The notes below the pieces were generated by a model. The model did no database searches. It saw only the letters and a list, made by a program, of their open reading frames with translations, and had not been told where the DNA came from. Below are positions 61,032 through 64,000 of a stretch of DNA of 64,000 nt, one piece after another. Position 1 is the first letter of the stretch. Each line of letters starts with the position of its first letter. This stretch comes from Squalus acanthias (taxonomy: Eukaryota): positions 43,154,001 to 43,218,000 of the forward strand of contig CM059432.1 in assembly GCA_030390025.1 (NCBI GenBank), written 5' to 3'. The position numbers and the translations under genes were made by a program.

Positions 61032-61385
61032 GGCCCCGAAATTCCTTGGGTCACAACCCTGGCAGTTATGCTAGATCATTCCTGCTATTACCCTCCAGCG
61101 CTGGCCTTGCCGAAAGTTGCGGGGTCATTGAGAGGTCACTTCATTTGCATAGGATAAGCAAGCACAAGTGCGGAGGGGAAATTCAGGACATAGGTAGTCC
61201 TAGCTCCGGCCACCATTTGCTTCATAAGAGGCAGACGGAGGTTCCACCCCTCATAAGGCAAACAGGAAACACCCAGAAACAGTGGGAACCCGGTGCAACT
61301 GGATTGCCACACTTTCCAGGAATTCTGCCAGTATTGCCCAGAGTTACAGCAGGAGAGCGGATCAATCCCAAGGAAATTTGGGCCC
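61032..61385. mobile_element. Short Harbinger-type MITE
   Basis: GGCCCCGAAATTCCTTGGG / CCCAAGGAAATTTGGGCCC; flanks TAT/TAG. Confidence 0.7.
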
Positions 61386-61995
61386 TAGGTCTCAAATATG
61401 TCATCATTTATATCAGATGAAATAACATGGAATGATATAACAAATTATTATTTATGCAATTAGTCATTTGCTTGATCAACAACATAGTGCATACTTCAGT
61501 ATTGAATAAAGTACTGCAGAAATTAATAGAAAAGCATTTCAGCAGTTCCCCTCCTCAGAAAAAATGTCCAAGCGAGCAAGTTAGTTCCCATCAAAAACAA
61601 TGGAAACTCATGAAATTTCCAGGTACCTGTCAGTCGAAAAATAAGGTACTATAGCTAGCCAGTGTGAAACTGTGCTTCAAGTGCCATATCGGATTACCAA
61701 GAAAGATAAGTGGAAAGAAGAATATAGAAGAATATAGCTTTCAAATTTTAATCAGTAATCATTCATTAATAATGAAGCACTGAGTTATATTGGGAAGTAA
61801 TTAATACAAGGAATTTAGCAAACTAGTGTATAGCCTGGAATCAATTATTTGAAAGTTATAGGTTCTTCTAAGAAAACCACTGTAATTAGAACAACTTGTG
61901 GGATAAAGACTTTTCTTCATGTTGTTGTTAATAGTTTGTGTCAAATATTGTGACTGAAAATTGGTTTTCTGGTAGATCAAATTAGATTCCAGCTG

Positions 61996-62695
61996 GGGGG
62001 GAAAATTGGCTCGCGCCCCCTTCGGGGCGATAACTACTTTTAGCGCCTCAAAAATGTTAGCAACCCCGTGCCTGAAATTCAATGGTAGTGCCCCAAGCAG
62101 GAGGCAGGGCGCTACTGGAGGCGCTCCCCCTCCCTCTTGGGGTGCTCCCATTGAATATCGCAGCGCTACGTGCAGCAGCGCGACACGTGTCGGCACGTAG
62201 CGGGCGGTACTACAGGCCTCCCTCCTCTGATTAAAGGAGAGGGACACCAGGGCCCTGCTGGACCACTGGGGAATGGGGTGCCGGCAAAAGAGCCCGGCAC
62301 TCGAGAGGAGTGCCGGGCTGACAGATCGTGGCCGGCACCCCACAAGAGGAGGCCAGAGGGGGCAGGTGCTGGCAGGCAGCCCAAAGATAAAATGGCCGCC
62401 CGAAACCTGCCCATTAGTCATCGCCGCCCCGGCTGCAAAAACGCCCCCCCGACCTTGTCGGACGTGGTGTCTGGCGGTAGGTCAGGGGGTGCGAGCCAAG
62501 TTTGCGGCCGGGGCACGAGCAGGGCGCTGCGTACGGCGATGACGTCATCGCCAGAGGTGCAGATACCGCCACCGCTAACCTCCTGCTGAATTTCACGGGA
62601 GGCGTTAGCAGCGTCGTGCCCGAGCGCTAGTTGCTTTGCGCCCCGTTAGCACCCCCTCACTAATGGGAGACGCAAAGCAACTGAATTTTTCCCCC
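61996..62695 (+). mobile_element. Harbinger MITE, family M3
   Basis: GGGGGGAAAATT / AATTTTTCCCCC; flanks CTG/CAG; colinear with 41513-42211. Confidence 0.85.
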
Positions 62696-62799
62696 CAGGT
62701 GTCCCATTGATGAACAAATAACGTTTAACATTTTGGCACCTGAGATGTATGCACATGCACATTTCTCTTTTTATGCAATGCAACCATAGATCACGAAAC

Positions 62800-64000
62800 G
62801 TTAGTACAAAGTCACACTCAACCTCATCCTGCTGTGCCTCTCATCACATCCCCATCACTCTACCTTCCCTACACTACTCCTGCACATTCTTACTCACACC
62901 AACTTACCTTGCACCTCCACCCATCCCTCTCTATCTACATTATCACTTCCCCATCTCACTAGCCATCCCTCACACTCACCCTCATCCTAGTCCAATCATA
63001 CCAACTAACAACACACAAGGGTAGGCACTTGGGTGTTTTAGCCAATGTTCATATGAAGTTTCTGTTAATGTGCTGTCAAACATTGAAATCTTTATTTTCA
63101 ACACTTTGCATTCTTAGACAGATTTGTGTGCACCTTTGGAAGTGGCTTAGTTAGTTGCAGTGAATGGTGAGACATAACAATACCTCCCGCAATGCTGATG
63201 AGTGTGTAAGGAATGGCTTGGGCATTGTAGGGATGCTTTATGGTGTTGGTGTGGGGTGGTGCCAACCTGGTGCATCATGTGGCAGCCAGGGTGTACAGCA
63301 TCAAGTGAAGTAAATCTGGCCATGGTGAGGCCATCCCTGGCGTCCCGGGCAGCAATGTGGTCGGGTACTGATGCCCTCTGTCCTGTGCAGCATCAGTTGA
63401 TTGCGGAGAAGTTTGGTGTTGTTATTGGTGCTGCTGGTGTGCCTGGTGCTGCTGGTGTTGGGGATGATCGTGGTGGGATTCTGAGCACCAAGGTGAGAGA
63501 GTATAAAGGGCACCCATGCTGATGGAATAGATGGCAGGTGAAGTTGAGATGACAGAAGCGACCTGTCAATGGTGAGAGAGGTTGTTCCAATGAGGTGACA
63601 CTGGATACAGAGCCTGCTGCCAAACACCTGCAAGCTGCATAAAGCTCAATCTGTCTTCCAAATGCAGTAAGCAACAGCTTCTAACCTTGTAAAGTGAACA
63701 ACTGTGAAATGGGAGCTTTTATAGACCATTTGCAGCTGTCAAGTTAAGAAATCATCCTATGCTGAAACAACTCCCGACCTGCTTACCTGACGTGATCCAC
63801 GAGCAGCGGTGAACTCTAAAAATCTAAAGGTGAGCTTAAAATAGTTTTTAAGTGCCTGTTAACAAGCTCTTAATAATCTAAATTGCCTCCCCCGCCGCTT
63901 GGTGTCAGGTCTGCTCAGCGATGACAGACCCCACATCTGGGAAACTAGCGTGGAGACGGGTTGAAAATGTTTTTTCCCACCCGACCCGCCTCCAAACGTG
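62800..64000 (-). mobile_element. Degenerate B-lineage non-autonomous Harbinger, runs off the window
   Basis: Minus strand carries the fused transposase stubs (cacaggacagaggg...cacattgctgcccgggacgccaggg) as in B; CCCGCCTCC subterminal motif at the window end. Confidence 0.6.

Overview
Eukaryotic, very probably cartilaginous-fish (shark/ray) genomic DNA; an HE1-type V-SINE and a Deu-domain SINE point to this. I recognise no host protein-coding exon. Most of the window is nested transposable elements: (i) about 18 PIF/Harbinger DNA transposons of at least two lineages, including one apparently intact autonomous 4.5-kb element at 26869-31405 (3-exon Myb/SANT gene plus a convergent 386-aa DDE transposase), several transposase-deleted or LINE-disrupted copies, and many MITEs; (ii) CR1 LINEs, two of them full length with an esterase-type ORF1; (iii) L2/CR1-group LINE fragments, SINEs and Penelope fragments. 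The most notable patterns are five Harbinger insertions into the (GACTCTAT)n-type 3' tail of three CR1 copies, Harbingers inserted within 11-29 bp of each other, MITEs carrying conserved hairpin arrays plus splice signals, and a MITE with arms of one subfamily around the core of another. All coordinates were derived by hand and no database search was run.
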